Shown here piece after piece: positions 13,073 to 24,859 of a stretch of 64,000 bases of DNA. Within the stretch, counting starts at the first letter, position 1. Each line of letters opens with the position of its first letter. Location of the stretch: positions 37,754,547 through 37,818,546 of the forward strand of contig NC_057719.1 in assembly GCF_004010195.1 (NCBI RefSeq), written 5' to 3'. The DNA comes from Chiloscyllium plagiosum (taxonomy: Eukaryota). A program made the translations under genes and the position numbers. The notes below the pieces were generated by a model, which was given only the letters and a program-made list of their open reading frames with translations, did no database searches and had not been told where the DNA came from.

Positions 13073-14083
13073 TAAAAACAAGGACTGCAGATGCTGGAAC
13101 CCAGAGTCTAGATTAGAGTGGTGCTGGAAAAGCACATCAGTTCAGGCAGCATCCGAGGAGCAGGAAAATTGACATATTGGGCAAAAGCCCTTCATCAGGA
13201 ATACAGACAGGATGCCTGCAGTGGAGAGATAAATGAGAGGGGGCTGGGGGTGGGGAGAAAGTAGCAACGAGTACAATGGGTGAATAGGGGTGGGGATGAA
13301 GGTGATAAGTCAGAGAGGAGGGTGGAGTGGATAGATGGAAAGGAAGATAGGCAGGTAGGACAGGTCATGGGGACAGTGCTGAGCTGGAAGGTTGGAACTA
13401 GGGTGAGGTGGGGGAAGGGGAAATGAAGAAACTGGTGAAGTCCGTATTGATGCCCTGGGGTTGAAGTGATCCGAAGCGGAAGATAAGGTGTTCTTCCTCC
13501 AGGCGTCGGGTGGTGAGGGAGCAGTGGTGGAGGCGGCCCAGGACCTGCATGTCCTCTGCAGAGTGGGAGGGGGAGTTGAAATGTTGGGCCACGGGGCAGT
13601 TTGGTTGATTGGTGCGGGTGTCCCAGAAATGTTCCCTAAAGCACTCTGCGAGGAGGTGCTCAGTCTCCCCAATGTAGAGGAGACTGCATCGGGAGCAACG
13701 AATACAATAAATGATATTGGTGGATGTGCAGGTAAAACTTTGATGGATGTGGAAAGCTTCTTTGGGGCCTTGGATGGAGGGGAGGGAGGAGGGGCGTGGA
13801 CCTGACCAGGTAGTCACGGAGGGAACGGTCTTTGAGGAAAGCAGATAGGGGTGAGGAAGGAAATATGTCCCTGGTGGTGGGGTCCACTTGGAGGTGACAG
13901 AAATGTCGGATGATGTGGTTAATGCGAAGGTTGGTAGGGTGGAAGGTGAGCACTAGGGGGTTCTGTCCTTGTTACGGTTGGAGTTCGAGGGCAGAGGTGC
14001 AGGATGTGGATGAGGTGTGTTAGAGGACATCTTTAACCACATGGGAAGGGAAATTGCATCTCTAAAGAAGGAGGCCATCTGGG
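13073..14083 (-). mobile_element. Penelope-like retroelement (family A): GIY-YIG endonuclease region plus 3' terminal repeat
   Basis: ORF 13398-13817 FTCTSTNIIYCIRCSRCSLLYIGET is the GIY-YIG/CCHH signature of PLEs. The terminal segment 13073-13203 has a ctgatgaagggcttttgccc hammerhead-like core. Confidence 0.9.
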
Positions 14084-14450
14084 TGTACCACCAGTCACTA
14101 TGTTTAAATTACTGAAATTGAGTGCTTTGTTCTTATTTAAATCTATCACTTAGAATTTTCTCAGTTAATTCTTTATTCTTCCTTTTGTTTTCTCTTTCAC
14201 TTCCTCCTCTTCAGGTGTGCTCACTTTGTTCAGTGTACCAACTCTGACTAAGCTCCTTGCAGTGAAAGGTATCAGCTTTCCCACGTCGGTATTTCTTTGT
14301 GCAAGCACTGCAGTGACTTTAGCTATATTTGAGTGGGAGATTACCCAAAATTAACAGTTTTACACTGAGCAGATTTTGTAAATCCTGCATCAAGTTTAAT
14401 ACTTAATGTAGAGAATGATAAAAAGTGACATTAGTCATACTTGACCATAC

Positions 14451-14580
14451 AGAAATATTTTGTGGGCCACGTATGAAAGAGGAGCATTTCTCTTCCTGTT
14501 TCACCATATTGATGGGTATGAAGGTCAAGTATTCCTTTCATGTTTGCACAGAGCTTTTCCATCTTTAATACGAGTTTAGT
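14451..14580 (-). CDS. CINP: CINP coding exon 4
   Basis: tttttcag| ... |gtatgg. Translates TKLVLKMEKLCANMKGILDLHTHQYGETGREMLLFHTWPTKYF, containing the LFHTWPT motif of CINP. Confidence 0.93.
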
Positions 14581-15437
14581 CTGAAAAAGATTATGCAAGA
14601 ATAGTAATGTTTAAATTGCATCTTTGATTTTTTAGGGAACTGGCTTTAATTTTATCACAGTACTCAAATGAAACAATGGATTTGTTGATCTTTAGTACCT
14701 TGGCTGGAAAGAGCTTCCCTGAATCTTGATAAATTTTAAAAATAGGAAATGTATAGTTCTACACTGCTTAATTTATCTCTGATGCTTCAGAAAGTTATGT
14801 AAAGATTATCACAAGGTACAATCTATTCAATAAGGTGTAAATTTTAACAATGCAGTCTTAGAAACTATTACACTGATATTCTTGTAATCTATGATATATG
14901 TAGAACAGTAATATCATGCAAAAAACCTGCAGTTTAGCAGACAGAAGGATTTTAACCAATTGGTTAACTCACTCCCTCATTTTAAATTGGGTCATTCTGT
15001 GTGACATTTAATTGCTACAGTTTTTGATAGGGATTCTTCCTCATGGGCACAATTATGTAGCGATTTAACCTGCAACACTAATGTCATTTTAGGTGACTGA
15101 ATTATGCATTCAGCAAAGTCAAGCATAGTTCTCTTCCTTATTTCTACAATTTCCAAAGAGTAGGTATGTTCTGTGTAGTATTTAGCATTTTGGTGATTCA
15201 ATAGGTCACAGGAATCCACAGTTCCTAGTTCAAAGTCAGTTTGGTTTTGAAAACTCACTACAGCTTTCAGTATATCAAGTTAAATAGAACATTTTTGTGG
15301 GCTTAGTGATTATATGAAATGTAAATTCAGCTTTAATTTTTTTTTGCCACAAGCTTAACATTTTTTGGATGTTTATTTTTGCCTCTAGATCATGAGAAAC
15401 TAGCTCCCCGTGATTAAGCACAAGCCACAGTCCAGAA

Positions 15438-16428
15438 AAGATCCTCTGGTGAACAGTCCGTTCTGTCATTTGACTTGATATGTTAAACCTACCCAGCAAT
15501 TTGTAGGCCTGAAGGAGTGTTTGTTTAAAGGGCTTATCCCTCCACCATTTTACCCTCTTAAGCTGCAAGTTCTGAGCTTTGGTTTTCTTTTAAAAAGTTT
15601 GAGAGTTGTGGACTATCGACATCAGCTATCAACTTTACTTTAAACAGGTATTGAACTTCTCTGTCTGCTTTAGAAATAATTGTTTTCTGAGAAGGGATTG
15701 CTGTACAGGAGACCATAATTGCTATGGGTCTTCAATGTGCAAAGCATAAGGGACTTGTATCCTTGGTGAACTACATTAAAGGTCAACCAAAGTTCCAAAC
15801 GAATTCACAACAAAAAGATTACTCTAGTCCACAATTTTAATGCAGCAATTGACAGTCCCTTACTATTTACACGATAACATCAATTGGATATTCTAAAACA
15901 GGAGAAATACATGTGTCAGACACACTGCAGAGTACAGTAGATTTATCTACATTGTAGACTTCACCAGAGTCCAAGATATGATATGCTCTACACCTATTGT
16001 CTTCTGTGCTGCCGGTTGTCCCAAGGATTACATGGCACCTTTTAATCAGTAAAAAGGATACCAGTTCCTTAAGTCTGCAACACATACAAATACCTATTTT
16101 TTTTCTGGCAGTAATTCCAAATCATTCCATTTGAAAGGTAGCAATTATGGTCTCCTGTACAGCAATCCCATCTCAGAAAACAATTATTTCTAAAGCAGAC
16201 AGAAGTTCAACACCTGTTTAAAATAAAGTTGATAGCTGATGTTGATAGTCCAGAACTCAAACTTTAAGAAAACCAAAGCTCAGAACTTGCAGCTTGAGGG
16301 TAAAATAGTGACTCACGCATGTGGAGGGATAAGCCCTTTAAACAAACACTCCTTCAGGCTTACAAATTGCTGGGCAGGTTTAACATATCAAGTCAAATGA
16401 CAGAACGGACTGTTCACCAGAGGATCTT
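15438..16428. repeat. Inverted repeat: arms 15438-15724 and 16139-16428 (~290 bp), spacer ~415 bp, in CINP intron 3
   Basis: aagatcctctggtgaacag...gaccataattgcta is the reverse complement of tagcaattatggtc...ctgttcaccagaggatctt, with scattered mismatches and a ~13 nt indel. Confidence 0.95.
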
Positions 16429-16684
16429 CCATAGCTTGCACTACTGAAAAACATGTACAAAAATCTGAAAACACTTAGGCTACTCAAGAGTGCCTCAAAT
16501 GTCCAGAAAGAGGTGCAACTGGTTAGTAGCATCACAGATTGGCTACTTTATTGTAAGCCTCATCCACTGGAAATGTTCCTTATAACTTTGTTCAGGAACC
16601 CAAACAGTTAGATCTGGTAAGCAAGAAAGACTATCACTATTGTGGAATCCCTACAGTATGGAAGCAGGCCATTCAGCCCATCAA

Positions 16685-16890
16685 CGAGGCAAAAGTGGGT
16701 ACTGTAGATCCTGGAGATTAGAGTCAAGATTAGAGTGGTGCTGGAAAAGCACAGCCAGTCAGGCAGCATCTGAGGAGCAGAAAAATTGACTGTTCCTGAT
16801 GAAGGGCTTTTGCCTGAACTGTCAATTTTCCTGCTCCTCAGATGCTGCCTGATCTGCTGTGCTTTTCCAGCACCAGTCTAATCTTGACTC
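16685..16890. mobile_element. Fold-back PLE family A terminal fragment with 14 bp TSD, inserted in a SINE/CR1 tail (16645-16985)
   Basis: 70 bp arms at 16721-16790 and 16821-16890; loop tgttcctgatgaagggcttttgcctgaact; attcagcccatcaa is duplicated at 16671-16684 and 16891-16904. Confidence 0.85.
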
Positions 16891-17788
16891 ATTCAGCCCA
16901 TCAAGTCCACATTGACCCTCTGAAGAGCATCCTAACCAGAGCCACCCCTACACTATCCCTGTAACCCTGCATTTCCCATAAGCAATCTGCTGTAAGAGAT
17001 GGTTCACCCCAGTGATCTTGAGCACAACCTTGAAGCATTTTCTCAGCCCTCCTGGTAACTGCTTGCTGTGATGAAATTCAGAACAAAGTTAATTTTGTCA
17101 GGATTGAGGATGCCGTGGCCTGCTAACTCAGCTGATTGACAGCAACCCTGGGGATTTTGGTGAGCTATGGTAGCATATGACATGCAGGTTTGTCCCTGAT
17201 GGGATTTTCCTGATGTTCCAGGTCCCAAAATTCATTGAGAGAGATTAGAAGATGCCTTTAACACTAGGTGGTCAGCACACACTACCAACCACACTTTCCT
17301 GGCACAGTAAGGCATTTGTCTGGTGGGAGAGATAGTCACAGACATTTACACACATCCATGTCTCTTTCAATTTGATCCTTAAAATCATAGAAGGCAACAG
17401 TTGTGCTTACTTGTGGGTCAGTGAAGCCCCCTGTGCATTGAGTGCCTGATGTCATATTGCAAGTTTCCAGCCTCCCTTGCTGTCTCTACCTTTTTCCATG
17501 TTGTTTCTCATTACAGGGAACCACATTGCTAGTGTTACACTTCAAGCTGGCTCTTGGTAGCAGTGGCTGTCCCCACTGCTGGTGTTATTATTCCTGCTGC
17601 TCCCCTGGCAGAAATATCTTTCAGCAGTTAGAATGTTTGCTTAGTTAAATAATTTATTTACAGAACAAAACAGTGTTCTAATTTAAATGTACGCTTTGTT
17701 TCGAGCACTCCTCCAGTCCAGGAAACAGGCTAATTATAGCTATAAGTTGACAGTTTAAGGAATGTTTAAAATTTTCCACTATTCATAC

Positions 17789-17915
17789 CATTTTATCAAG
17801 GATGTTGATCAACTCAGTACAAGCTTCCTCCAGCTCTTTGTTATATTGTAATTTAGTCTTTTCAAGATTAGAGCTAGCTTCCTCCTCTTCAAATGCTTCC
17901 ACTTCACTTTCTCTC
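17789..17915 (-). CDS. CINP: CINP coding exon 3
   Basis: tttttag| ... |gtatga. Translates RESEVEAFEEEEASSNLEKTKLQYNKELEEACTELINILDKM; phases (2 in, 0 out) fit the neighbouring exons. Confidence 0.9.
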
Positions 17916-19175
17916 CTAAAAATAAAAGTAGAATATCAATATCATGAATATTTTAAAGGCAATAGTCAGATCGTGGGCAAAATATTCTGTTCACTGCAAG
18001 TGAACTACAAATTTAAGAAATACCTAATCCAATTCACCTAGGATTGAAAAAGGGACACGAGGCACACTTGTCTGGAGTCATTAATGTCTAGCAACACACA
18101 ATATTTCATTTGAGCTTTTTAAACAAGTTAAAAATATCAAATATTTATACATTTATTTATACTAGCAAGTTTTGAGAAGATTTGTAGCTCTATCTGAGGT
18201 TCTGGATGTAGGTTTGGTCATTGAGCTGGAAGGTTAGTTTTTAGACATTTTGTCACCATGCTAGGTAACATCATCAGTGAGCTTCTGGATGAAGCATTGG
18301 TGGTATGGCCCACTTTCTATTTATGTCTTTTGGTTTCCTTGGGTTGGTGATGTCATTTCCTTTTCTCAAGAGTGGTACATGGGATCCAAGTCAATGCGTT
18401 TGTGGATAGAGTTCCAGTTGGAATACCATGCTTCTGGGAATTCTTGTGCGTGTCTCTGTTTGGATTGTCGTAGGATGGATGTGTTGTCCCAGTCGAAGTA
18501 GTGCCTTTCATCTGTATGTAAAGATACTAGTTCAGAGTGGCTCATGTCTTTGTGGCTAGTTGCTGTTCATGTATCCTGGTGACTAGTTTGTCCAATGTAA
18601 TGTTTTTTCCAGTTCTTGCAAGGTATTTTGTAAGTGACATTAGTTTTGCTTGATGTCTTTCAAGTTAACTAGCCGCTGTTTAACTGTGTTGGTGGGTTTG
18701 TAGGCTACATCAGCAAGGACAATATTCTCAAGCTAGTGGACCTATGCCTTACCACCCACTTCACCTTCAACAACAAAACCTACAGACAAACCAACGGAAC
18801 ACCCATGGGATCTCTGATATCAAGGTTCTTAGCAGAGCAGTAATTCAGAGACTTCTGCCAACCATCCTTCCCAAACTTTGGGTCTGCTTTGTGGATGACA
18901 CCTTTGTCATCAATAAACAAAATAAAGTTACAGGAAACCTTCAGGACCATCAATAATATCCTTACCGGCATAAAATTCACTAAAGAGGAGGAAAACAACT
19001 ACAAACTGCTGTGTCTCAATGTTGCAGTAGAGCAAACAGCCAATGGGGAACTTCAAACCAGCATCTGCAGGAAAACAGACCAAATACTGAACTACAGAAG
19101 CAATCATCCCAACACCCACAATCGAAGCTGCATTCGAAAATCATTTTAATGATCCACCACACACTGCAGCAGAGG

Positions 19176-19582
19176 AACTACGAAGAGCAGAGGTATTCAA
19201 AAAGAACGGTTAGACAATGAACACAGTCTGCTGATTTCTCAGCAACAAACCCAAACAGCAGACGAAACACATCCAGAAGCCCTAGCCACTCTCCCCTACA
19301 TCAAAGCCATCTCTGAAATGATTGCCAGACTATTCAGACCCCTTAGCATCATGGTAGCCCACAAACCCACCAAAAAACAACTACGAAGAGCAGAGGTATT
19401 CAAAAAGAACGGTTAGACAATGAACACAGTCTGCTGATTTCTCAGCAACAAACCCAAACAAGCAGACGAAACACATCCAGAAGCCCAAGCCACTCTCCCC
19501 TACATCAAAGCCATCTCTGAAATGATTGCCAGACTATTCAGACCTCTTAGCATCATGGTAGCCCACAAACCCACCAAAAAAC
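19176..19582 (+). repeat. ~203 bp tandem duplication inside PLE family B
   Basis: aactacgaagagcagagg...cccaccaaaaaac occurs twice (19176-19378, 19379-19582), nearly identical. Confidence 0.95.
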
Positions 19583-19663
19583 TAAAACAGCAGCTAATGA
19601 ACTTGGAAGACCCTATACAGACAACAAGCAAAACCAATGTCACTTATAAAATACCTTGCAAGA

Positions 19664-20070
19664 ATTTCCCTGGAGCGTCGGAGGCTGAGGGGTGACCTTA
19701 TAGAGGTTTACAAATTTATGAGGGGCATGGATAGGATAAATAGACAAAGTCTTTTCCCTGGGGTCGGGGAGTCCAGAATTAGAGGGCAGAGGGTTAGGGT
19801 GAGAAGGGAAAGATATAAAAGAGACCTAAGGGGCAACTTTTTCATGCAGAGGGTGGTACGTGAATGGAATGAGCTCCCAGAGGATGTGATGGAGGCTGGT
19901 ACAATTGCAACATTTAAGAGGCATTTGGATGGGTATATGAATAGGAAGAGTTGGGAGGGATATGGGCCAGGTGCTGGCAGGTGGGACTAGATTGGGTTGG
20001 GATATCTGGTCAGCATGGACAGGTTGGACCGAAGAGCCTGTTTCCATGCTGTACATCTCTATGACTCTAT
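19664..20070 (+). mobile_element. CR1/HER1 3' end inserted in the PLE GIY-YIG region
   Basis: SLERRRLRGDLIEVYK...GYGPGAGRWD plus the tail ctctatgactctat. Confidence 0.9.
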
Positions 20071-20567
20071 AACTGTAACACACACTACACTGAACAAACA
20101 AGCAGAAAACTAGCCATCAGGATACATGAACGTCAACTAGCCACAAAAAGACATGACCCTCTCTCACTAGTATCCTTACATGCAGATGAGGAAGAACACC
20201 ACTTCGACTGGGACAACACATCTGTCCTAGGACAAGCCAAACAGAGACATGCACGAGAATTCCTAGAAGCATGGCATTCCAACCAGAACCCTAGCAACAA
20301 GCACATTTACTTGGATCCCATTTTATCACCCCCTGATAAAAAGAACAAGAGTTGATGTTACCAACCCAAGGAAACCTAAACACAAATAGAAAGCGGGCGA
20401 TACCACTAGTGCTTCAGCCGGAGGCTCACTGAAGATGTTACCTAGTATGGTGACGAAATGTCTGAAAGTGAACCTTCCAGCTCAGCGAGCAAACCTACAT
20501 GCAGTTTATTTATGCTTTTTCTGGTTGTGAAAACAGTTGGCCTACTCAATATATTTAAAAAAAAAAA

Positions 20568-20738
20568 GAGTCGAGAGTATGGTGCTTGAAAAGCAGAGCA
20601 GGCCAGGCAGCATCCAAGGAGTAGGAGAATGGCTGATAAAGGGCTTATGCCCAAAACATCTATTCTCCTGCTCCTCCAATGCTGCCTGACCTGCTGTGCT
20701 ATTCCAGACTCTCCAGCATCTGCTGTCCTCACTTTCTC
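20568..20738. mobile_element. Fold-back PLE family A terminal fragment
   Basis: agcaggccaggcagcatccaaggagtaggagaat / attctcctgctcctccaatgctgcctgacctgct flank a degenerate ctgataaagggcttatgcccaaaac core. Confidence 0.75.
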
Positions 20739-21124
20739 TTACTCAAACAAAAAAAGAGCATGGTTAATTATGAATCTGCTCATTCATATTGTTCCCTTGT
20801 TACTTGACTTGCAGGTAAATAAAATGGTTCGAAGACAATTAGATTATGGAAACAGGTTTTACTGTAGCAATTGGAGACAACCAATCGTGGTGAAAATTTT
20901 TTAAATTATTCTGTTTTATTTTTTGTTTTGATAAAAGACTGTAGCACTGTAATAATGATTCCTATAAAAGCACAACAGCTTAAACAGAAGTATTGTAGAA
21001 AAACACCTGAGTTTATAATTAACTTATGAATCAATTCATCACTGAGGGAACAGGTTTTAAAATTAAATTTTTAACAGCTAAGATTTCTAGATACAAACCT
21101 TACCTCTTCAAGGCTAATGCTTAC

Positions 21125-21299
21125 CTGTTGCTGATTTTAATATTAACAATTTTATTTGCTACTGAGAATCCTGCATCATTAAATGTTTCCCATTTCAGCA
21201 TGGAATTATGCCAGTCTGCAGCACTGTCCTTTATTTTTCTGGAACTGTTATTCAAGTCTTTTCTTCTTGGAGTTACAAAGCCTGAGCTAGGACATGAAG
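21125..21299 (-). CDS. CINP: CINP coding exon 2
   Basis: aatag| ... |gtaagc boundaries. Translates SCPSSGFVTPRRKDLNNSSRKIKDSAADWHNSMLKWETFNDAGFSVANKIVNIKISN, matching the CINP motif RKIKDNAADWHN. Confidence 0.93.
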
Positions 21300-22879
21300 C
21301 TATTATTAAAATAAAAAGATTTTATCAAAATTCAGCATTTAAAAAAATAACCAAATGCTTAAGTACAGATATCAACTTGCACATAGAGGACCTTCTAATG
21401 TCCCAAGGCACTTCAAGAGTATTAGAGTCTACCTGCATCTAGTGTGCACGAGATAGACAAGGTATATGATTCTGTTCTGTTTTCATAACTGTACCAGAAG
21501 CTTTGGCTTGATGGACACCAGTCCACAAGCAGCATAACTGCCCAGGAGATCAATGTTCTCCCTAATTCGTGCTAAACTTTGTTTCATTACATTGAAGTGA
21601 AATATATTTTATAGATACTTTTGATAGGACTTGAACCCAGGCCTCAGAGGTTGAGACACTACCACAGCATCACAAAAGTCCCTCTAGGACATTTTTTAGA
21701 TATTTCTAATCAACCTGTTCAGAAATATTATGACACACTGCTGGAGCAGATGATACTTGAAGCCAGACCTCCTGCCTCAGAGGAAGGGACTTTTCTACAA
21801 GAGTCCCTTGAGAGCTTTTGTTTTAAGAAGTGAACAAAGTACAGGCAGGTTGGACTAGTTTAGTTAGTAATTATGGTTGGTGGGATTTGGTTAGACCAAA
21901 GAGTCTGCTTCCATGCCATTTCACTATGACCTGGACTATATCAGTGGACACCACATGCTAATCTGTCATTAAGTGTTTTCTAATAAACCTGTTTAAGAGG
22001 TGTATTAAAATGTGAAGGGTGGGAGCAACAAATGGAGAGAACCCTTAATGTCAAACAATGTACAGGATTGGAAAAGAATAAAAGGAAACAAGCTAAAAGG
22101 ATATTAAAGTCTCAAAACAGCAGGCGCACTTCAAAAGGGTATAGAAAATGCAACAGGTTACTTAAACAAGAAATTAAGACAGCAAAACCCACTTGTGGGT
22201 AACATTAAACAAATGACTGGAAAAAGTTCTGAGGCACAAAATTAAACACCACTTGGATTAATCAAGGATAATGAGCATGGCTTCTTAAGTGGGAAAATCA
22301 TGGCTAACAAGTTTGATTAATATTTTTGTGGCGATGACTTGTGTATAGATGAGGGTAGTATAGCTGATGTAGTCTAAATAGACCTCACTAAGGCAAGCTC
22401 TCGCATGGGAGCCAAGAGCTTGGGAGAAGCTCAGATTAGGGGTAATATTTTCATACGGACGGTGGTGAGTGTCTGGAACAGGCTACCGAGATAATGGTGG
22501 AAGCGAGTACAATTTTGTTGTTTAAGAAACATTGAGATAGGTACATGGATGGGTTAGCTATGGAGGGATATGGACCAAATGCTGGCAAGTGGGATTAGTT
22601 TAAATTGTGAAAACTGGGCTTAATGGGCAAGTTGGGCCAAAAGGTCCGTGTTCATGCTGTAGACCTTTATGATTCTATCCCATTGGATCCAGAGCAATTT
22701 GGCAGGTTGTACCCAAAATTGACTTAATGGCATAGAGCACACAGGGATGATCAAAGGCTACACTGTGCTATGACTATAAGCCTGTGTCTAGTGGCACATC
22801 ACATTGGATGGTGCTGGATCCCTTGTTGTTTGTCCTTACAGTAACAATCTAGAATCATGAGTCAGTCAGAATTCAGAAA

Positions 22880-23500
22880 GGAGGTGGAGGGCTTGGTGAT
22901 GTAACCTCTCTCTCAATGTCAGCAAAACTAAAGGCTTCAACAACCGGTCCTGGATTTTCCATGTAGATTTGACAGTTAAGAAGGTACAACAATGCCTCTT
23001 CTTCCTCAGCAGCTCAGGAAATTTGGCATGTTCATAAGGACCTTCACCAACCCTTTTACAAATGCACCACAGAAAGTGTATAATGCATATTGGCCTAGTA
23101 CAGCAATTGCTCTGCCCAGCATCATAAGAAACTGCAGAAGGTTGTGTGCACAGCCCAGACCATTACAGAGGCCAACCTCCCATTCATTTAGTTGTCTCAT
23201 TGCCATGGAAAAGCTGCCAACATCGAAGACCCATCCCACCCTGGTAATACAACCTTTACCATCAAGTAGAAGATACAGAAGCTTGAACACACACACAGAT
23301 CAGGAACAGCTTCTTCCCTGCCATTATTAGACTGATGAATGAACTCTCCAACTATAAATAATGCTGATCTTGCCTCACGCACATTCTATGCAGTGTAGCC
23401 TGTATGCCAATTTTTTCACCCTATGTTCTTGCTTACTATGATTTGCCTGTACTGCTCACAAAGCTTTTCACTGTACGTAGGTCCACATAATAATAAATCA
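22880..23500 (+). mobile_element. Rex1/Babar-type LINE 3' fragment
   Basis: ctcaatgtcagcaaaactaaa...aagaaggtacaacaatgcctcttcttcctc...aggaaatttggc (KAQQRLFFLRRLRKFG-like); aagatacagaagcttg; aacagcttcttccc; aagcttttcactgtac tail. Confidence 0.65.
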
Positions 23501-24138
23501 ATCATGAATTCATGAGATATATCAGTAAATTTATGACCCAAAAATTGATTTTGTAGTAAATAAAAGGAGGAAAGCCTTGGATTGCAGGACAATATAAATG
23601 GGCTGGTGCATTTTGGGTAGATTAACTAGGCTAGGGAATACATGTTGAATACCAGAACTCGAGGAAGTCCAGAGGGATCTTGACGTGTGTGTCCATTGAT
23701 CCTTAAAGGCAGCAAGACAGGTGAAGAAGGCATATGGGATGTTTACTTTTTTTAAAAAGACAAAGTATAGCATATGAGAATAAGGAGGTCATGCTGGATC
23801 TGAATGTTATGTTATATGCAGTGCTAGTTGCCACACTATAGGAGGGATGTGATTGAACTAGAAAAGGGAAAAAAAGTCATTCACTAGGATATTGCCTGGG
23901 CTGGAGCAATTCAGAAATGCAGATAGATGAGTTTGTTTTCCTTAGAGCAAAGAAGGAAGAGGCACTATCTGATCGAAGTCTACAAAGTGCTCAGGTACAT
24001 AGGGAGAAATGTTTCCCTTGGTAGAGGTGTGACTAACCAGAGGCACACAGCTTTTTAAAATAAGGTGCAGGAAATTTATAGGGGATTTCAGGATACTGAT
24101 TTTCAGGCAGAGGGTGTAGGTATCCTACTGCCTGAAAG

Positions 24139-24254
24139 AGAACCTGCTGGTGTGTGTGTTCAACTCCTGATGATGGGATTATGCCCGAAACGTCGATTCT
24201 CCTGCTCCTCGGATGCTGCCTGACCTACTGTGCTTTTCCAGCAACACAGTCTCG
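24139..24254 (+). mobile_element. Short PLE family A terminal insertion with an intact minimal hammerhead core (24167-24194) and 10 bp TSD
   Basis: CTGATGA tggg attatg ccc GAAA CGTC; tgcctgaaag is duplicated at 24129-24138 and 24255-24264. Confidence 0.8.
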
Positions 24255-24852
24255 TGCCTGAAAGGGTGGTAGAGGTGAGAAACACTCAAGACATTTGAGA
24301 ACTATTTAGATGAATGCTTGAAACGTTTTAGCACGCAAGACGACAGGCCAAGAAATAGAAAATAGGTCTAGAATACATAGGTGCGTGATGGGCCGAATGG
24401 TCTGTTTCCGTCATGGAAAGACTTTGACTATAAACGCATCATTGTTCATCATCTTCCGACTGTTTGGTTCATAAGGTGGATATTTTGGTCAAGTCTAGAA
24501 TTTATTCTTCTGATTCACCTTCAGTAATTCCTTGAGCATAGCACAGTACAGTTTTGTTTGACACCATTCCCATGAAACACGTTGGTTGGGGCCTTTTACT
24601 CCATTACAGTCACCTCTAAGTGTTGATGGGTGTCCAATAACCGGACGGCGTCTCTTAAATTCTAAATATATTAATGTTCCCATGAACCCACACCACGTTA
24701 CATGCTTTTACGTGTTTTAGATCCTTCAAAACAAAAACTGCCATCATTCACTGTCGGCTAAACTTTTGAAAATGCGATTGACGCAATACATTTTAAATCT
24801 TTCCAAATGCAAAAAAAAACTTAAACTTCAATGCAAAATAATTCAGTCATAC

Positions 24853-24859
24853 CTTCCAT
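24853..24859 (-). CDS. CINP: CINP coding exon 1 (ATG GAA G, 7 nt of CDS)
   Basis: Minus strand reads aaagATGGAAG|gtatga: A at -3 and G at +4, then a GT donor. Phase 1 joins exon 2 to give MEAS..., matching the MEA start of CINP as I recall it. Confidence 0.8.

Larger units (their letters stand above)
18164..20502 (+). mobile_element. Penelope-like retroelement (family B) with an inverted 3' copy at its 5' side (18164-18710), RT and GIY-YIG remnants
   Basis: Plus frames give DNILKLVDLCLTTHFTFNNKTYRQTNGTPMGS, WVCFVDDTF, TDQILNYRSNHP and NVTYKIPCK|NCNTHY. Hammerhead-like CTGAAGA-tgttacc tagtat ggtgac-GAAA at about 20429-20462. Confidence 0.88.
22190..24430 (+). mobile_element. Decayed CR1 pieces hosting a Rex1 fragment and a PLE fragment
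   Basis: CR1 RT and 3' motifs at 22250-22840 and 23510-24430. Confidence 0.65.

Noticed and set aside
19637..19990. Apparent PLE-CR1 fusion ORF
   Set aside because: Chance read-through across a CR1 insertion point; the host PLE is frameshifted and resumes right after the CR1 tail.
21026..21442. 138-aa plus-strand ORF (likewise 17802-18041)
   Set aside because: Antisense shadows of CINP exons 2 and 3.
21610..21810. Two short tRNA-SINE-like fragments
   Set aside because: Too short and degenerate to classify with confidence.
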